Both the position numbers and the translations under genes were made by a program. A stretch of 64,000 bases of DNA from a virus. Where the stretch lies: the IMG/VR virus record IMGVR_UViG_3300038299_000184, positions 63,788 through 127,787 of that record; one strand, given 5' to 3'. Under the pieces are notes generated by a model. The model was given only the letters and a program-made list of their open reading frames with translations, did no database searches and was not told the origin of the DNA. Shown here piece by piece: positions 60,425 through 64,000 of this stretch; position 1 is the stretch's first letter, and each line of letters begins with the position of its first letter.

Positions 60425-61186
60425 ATGCAACGCAAACAAATATTTGGTTCTGGTGATTCACGAGACGTGGACATCATGGTAATCCTTAATGAAGTTCCAC
60501 CAACTAGGGATGTATGTAAAAACATGTGTCTCGAATATGATAGACTATTAAAACTGGATGGTGTTGACGCTAACCACAACCTGTGTACTGTTAAGGAAGG
60601 TATGGTTGATTGGGTGTATAAGGGCACCATCGATGAGGTGAACAACTCCATGCTTGACACTTTCGAACTCCATAACCAGTACGATTATGGTAATGCCATC
60701 ACCAAGCGAATGGATCGTGATATCCATTTGAAAGCCGTGAGGGGTCTTAGGATCATACTCAGCTTCTTTTCCCGTGGAGAATGTAGGAAAGAGGTTAAGG
60801 CTGCTCTGAAGGGTGGTATCAACGATAAGATAGAATGCCTTGAAATGCTCATTCCCCGCATCCTTACCTCGTATCACCTTAACAAAGGTGTTCTAACCGA
60901 GATCGAGGCTTATAAGACCATTGCTTTTCAGATAGGTCAAGTCTATGGTCTCTATACAGACATTGAGCTATACACCAAACAAGATATTGCTAGATGGTTC
61001 CCGTGCCTAGCACCATACCTAAAAAGGGAAGAGGTTAGTACCAGTCGATTGGTACTATGTTTAAGAGAGTTATTACACACCCTTAAAAACTGTCCAGTAC
61101 TACAAGATTTTCAAGAATGCTACCATTCCGACTCTAACGAGAATTACTACGAGGAATATAAAAGTACCCACCGACAAACTTTATGA
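60425..61186 (+). CDS. Pol-beta-superfamily nucleotidyltransferase-like protein
   Basis: FGS...DVDIMV motif. Confidence 0.55.
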   Translation: MQRKQIFGSGDSRDVDIMVILNEVPPTRDVCKNMCLEYDRLLKLDGVDANHNLCTVKEGMVDWVYKGTIDEVNNSMLDTFELHNQYDYGNAITKRMDRDIHLKAVRGLRIILSFFSRGECRKEVKAALKGGINDKIECLEMLIPRILTSYHLNKGVLTEIEAYKTIAFQIGQVYGLYTDIELYTKQDIARWFPCLAPYLKREEVSTSRLVLCLRELLHTLKNCPVLQDFQECYHSDSNENYYEEYKSTHRQTL

Positions 61187-61710
61187 TACTACACCCACCG
61201 AACATTACTGAGAACCCCGATAATAAACCTACAGTATTCCTAGCAGGACCTATTCAAGGTGCTGTTGATTGGCAAGCTGAAGCTGGTAAACAATTCGAAT
61301 ACATTGCCCAGAATGACGAACTCAGAATCGCAAACCCACGGAAGGAATACCTCGACAAAGAGTTTGACTATGCATCACAGGTAGACTGGGAAATTAACCA
61401 CCTTCGGAAAGCCTCTGTAAATGGTGTATTATTGTTCTGGCTGGCTCGTGAGGAGGAACACGACTGTCATCGATCATATGCCCAGACAACTCGGTGGGAA
61501 CTCGCTGTGTGGTTCCAGAAGATGATCATGGTTAATGACAGACATGGTGATAGATCTAAAATCCAAATGGTTGTTGGTATTGAAGAAGGATTCTCGGGGG
61601 AGCGGTATATCCGTAAACAATTTGAGGACAATACAGCATTTCATAACGTGGTCATCCAGAACACTTTAAAGGCTACTGTCTACGAGGCTGTGAAAATTCT
61701 CAGTAAATAA
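61183..61710 (+). CDS. Nucleoside 2-deoxyribosyltransferase-like protein
   Basis: VFLAGPIQGA.DWQ, ANPR, QVDWE, TRWEL. Confidence 0.8.
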   Translation: MILHPPNITENPDNKPTVFLAGPIQGAVDWQAEAGKQFEYIAQNDELRIANPRKEYLDKEFDYASQVDWEINHLRKASVNGVLLFWLAREEEHDCHRSYAQTTRWELAVWFQKMIMVNDRHGDRSKIQMVVGIEEGFSGERYIRKQFEDNTAFHNVVIQNTLKATVYEAVKILSK

Positions 61711-61759
61711 CGCAAAGAGTTATTGACAATAGTACCACAGTGATGTATGTTTTTAACAA

Positions 61760-61968
61760 CGAAAGGGGCGACTCTTACAACGACTTTATAAGGTTGGTCT
61801 CAGCCTTGCAGAATACAGAGAATATCATAGTAATGTCTATGTCATAAACCGAGAGAGTGGGGCGTGGTTATTTTTTACCCATCTAAATGATCCCAGTGCG
61901 GGACTGCCATCCTCGGAAGCACACTAAATTAATATAAACACCACGGTCTTAATTGATCGTGGTGTTTT
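61760..61968 (+). ncRNA. Candidate structured non-coding RNA
   Basis: Promoter TTGACA (61724) and terminator (61936-61968) bracket a GC-richer ORF-less segment with several hairpins. Confidence 0.4.
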
Positions 61969-62030
61969 GCGTCTATAAACAAAACACCTTTTTTACCAGT
62001 TTGTAGGTGGGCTGTCTCATAATTAAAGAT

Positions 62031-62405
62031 ATGAGTAGCAATTTTTCATCCCACGACCCTTTCTATACTGGTAAACTAAATGACCCAGATGGCACATATG
62101 TGTACACTGGTGAAATGAAGAACTGGAACGGGCGTTTTCGTAACACCAGTTTGTTAGGTTTTGAGAACCCTATCATTGTTGATGGTGATTACAAGATTGA
62201 GGTAAGTGTTGGTAAGGAATATTACATAGAGGTTTCTGGTACCATTAATGGCACTGTAACACTACAGACTGACACAGGTGGTGTGGTTAAGGAATTTACA
62301 GAGGCTTCTGCTTACGCATACACAGCAACATCAAACCCGATGACTATTAATGTTACAGGTTCAGTGGGTGCAAGTATCGTAGTGGATCACGGTCACACTT
62401 TATAA
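62031..62405 (+). CDS. Putative virion structural protein (beta-rich)
   Basis: TAATTA-N5-ATG; Thr/Gly/Val-rich. Confidence 0.55.
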   Translation: MSSNFSSHDPFYTGKLNDPDGTYVYTGEMKNWNGRFRNTSLLGFENPIIVDGDYKIEVSVGKEYYIEVSGTINGTVTLQTDTGGVVKEFTEASAYAYTATSNPMTINVTGSVGASIVVDHGHTL

Positions 62406-62412
62406 TTTAGCT

Positions 62413-64000
62413 ATGGCTATTGTTAGACAGATTTTTGGTGATATATCTCGACTTTTATGGAGAGAGATATGCAGGGGTGATGCCACTTTCGTTGATATCG
62501 TTGAACTCATCAAAGCTTGTAACCCGCTAGTCACTAGAGATAGCCGCCTAATCGACTCAGCCAATACAGGTCGCCCAATCCTGCAAGGTGCTGCACTGTC
62601 ATTTGATGGGGCGACTCAGTATGGGGTGTCCCAGCCTCTAGTAACTAGCAGTGACACATCTATAAGCATCAAGATGTGGCTCAAACCTAATGAGCCACTA
62701 AACGACAGGATGTTTATGTCTCTTATGCACAGTGGGAGCGATGATGTTCGGTTGATAACTAACGGCAGTCAGTTAATTGATTTAGTTCTGGATGATGGCT
62801 CAATCAGCACTATAACGACCGCTGAATCATCAACATCAAACACATGGCGATATGTCGAGATTTATGTTGCCGATGGTGAAAACTGGATTGAGTTCGATGG
62901 GGTTCGCTACAGCGGATCTCATCCGTTCAATTTTGCAACTATCACGGATGGAAGATTGGGCATAGGAGCTAGAGCAACAGGCGGGTTTTACGCTAATTGC
63001 TTATTCTTAGACGTCAAAATCACAGGAGACACAGTAAACCAACACTGGGATCTCCGCGACAACGGCCTATCCTCCCTCACATCTGGCACAGACCTAACGC
63101 TGGTCGGCTCACCTGTAAGCGTGACAGACAACACGATCCCAGTAGACCCAGCTAACGAGCGAGGGTTTAGTGATGACAACGGCACAATCTATCTTGCACG
63201 CTCAGACGACCCATCCACAGACGTACTAGGCAACCCCACGCAATGGCAAGGGTCAGCCTATCCAGTGCGACCAGTCGAGCGGCAGAGCAATGCTCTGAGT
63301 TTCGATGGGGCTAGTCAGTATGGATACTATGACACACTTGACACAAGTGACAACGCATTTGGAGCTGTTACAATTTCAGCTAGTGTTAACATGATTAGCG
63401 ATGCATCCCTTAGAGTGTTATGGTCTAAGGGATCTGCATCTTATCGGCTATACATTGACGCATCTGACATTATATTCATAGGCACAACGAATACTGGGGT
63501 GGCAATGCCTAACTCTCAGTGGCTCACAGTTAGCGTTGACTTTAACTCTTCCGCTGAGGCAACAGAATTGCGAATAAACGGCATTATTGAGTGGACAGGC
63601 TTGGCCGCAGCAGGAAGATCAAACTCAGTTCCAGAGTTCTACATTGGAGCGAGGAGGAGCACAACGGCGGGACTTTTTTGGCTAGGCAAAATCTCTAACG
63701 TCCAAATCACAGGAGACACAAACATCCGCTTCCCACTAGCAGAAGGCACAGGCTCCATAGCCTACAACAAAGACGGCACGAACCACGGCACGCTAGTAGG
63801 CAACCCTACATGGGTGCGAGAGGACGGCATACCAAGCAGCAATCTTGAAGACGGGTTTAGTGGTCGTATGTTGTTTGATGGGGTGGATAATGTGGGCGTT
63901 TCATTCACGCCTATAACACTAACGGGAGACTTTAGGATGTCATTTGAAGCATCTTCAAACACAATTCACCAAGGCGTGCTTATTGGCGACTCATTAAATG
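62413..64000 (+). CDS. LamG/concanavalin-like repeat virion (tail/receptor-binding) protein, runs off window
   Basis: Open frame from ATG 62413 to window end (absent from ORF track); repeated ALSFDGAxQYG, IGAR, FPLAEGTGS, HGTLVG motifs. Confidence 0.75.
   Translation, partial: MAIVRQIFGDISRLLWREICRGDATFVDIVELIKACNPLVTRDSRLIDSANTGRPILQGAALSFDGATQYGVSQPLVTSSDTSISIKMWLKPNEPLNDRMFMSLMHSGSDDVRLITNGSQLIDLVLDDGSISTITTAESSTSNTWRYVEIYVADGENWIEFDGVRYSGSHPFNFATITDGRLGIGARATGGFYANCLFLDVKITGDTVNQHWDLRDNGLSSLTSGTDLTLVGSPVSVTDNTIPVDPANERGFSDDNGTIYLARSDDPSTDVLGNPTQWQGSAYPVRPVERQSNALSFDGASQYGYYDTLDTSDNAFGAVTISASVNMISDASLRVLWSKGSASYRLYIDASDIIFIGTTNTGVAMPNSQWLTVSVDFNSSAEATELRINGIIEWTGLAAAGRSNSVPEFYIGARRSTTAGLFWLGKISNVQITGDTNIRFPLAEGTGSIAYNKDGTNHGTLVGNPTWVREDGIPSSNLEDGFSGRMLFDGVDNVGVSFTPITLTGDFRMSFEASSNTIHQGVLIGDSLN

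Noticed and set aside
61764-61930. tmRNA or SAM riboswitch (GGGGCGAC start)
   Set aside because: Too short, no T-arm/CCA 3' end, no tag ORF and no convincing riboswitch core.
56-63962. Numerous overlapping antisense or alternate-frame ORFs and N-terminal extensions in the ORF track (e.g. 2030-, 6878-, 33627+, 46468-, 58371-, MYN... starts)
   Set aside because: Shadows of real genes with no promoter or motif; extensions run through -10 boxes, so starts were moved to the promoter-defined ATG.
1-64000. Genome-wide stop-codon reassignment
   Set aside because: Code 11 gives dense, intact ORFs ending in TAG, TGA and TAA; the few interruptions involve all three stops plus a frameshift.

Overview
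This window looks like a 64-kb accessory (hyperplastic) region of an AT-rich, T4-like or jumbo bacteriophage genome. The evidence is dense small ORFs, free-standing endonucleases, a lysozyme, a LamG-type virion protein and host-derived genes (ClpP, CCA-adding enzyme, ferredoxin, YhaM-like RNase, PARP, Ser/Thr kinase, NADAR, MazG-like). No capsid, terminase or polymerase genes are present. Two very regular promoter classes place the start codon at or next to the predicted +1, implying leaderless mRNAs: sigma70-like TTGAC exactly 34 or 37 nt before ATG, and a putative late TAATTA-N5-ATG. Most TAATTA genes fall into three families that share only a short terminal tag. (A) Twelve paralogues have an invariant MSTEYIWFKxGKESKRTAD leader and variable numbers of HRDGDKPA repeats. 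(B) About 15 unrelated proteins (ADP-ribosyltransferase-like, GNAT, metallopeptidase, ParB-like) have an M-x-K-F-x3-I...E leader resembling the T4 capsid-targeting sequence. (C) Three proteins share a C-terminal G(D/E)FxVFxDL motif. I infer a modular, tag-addressed system of virion-packaged and injected effectors, spread by a duplicated promoter+tag DNA module. Other highlights are a D-armless tRNA-Arg(UCU) with the D-loop relocated into the variable arm, a 47-bp tandem array in a 1.3-kb non-coding origin/terminus-like region, and an orphan structured ncRNA candidate. All calls come from motif reading by eye; no searches were run. Many ORF-track starts were corrected to the promoter-defined ATG.
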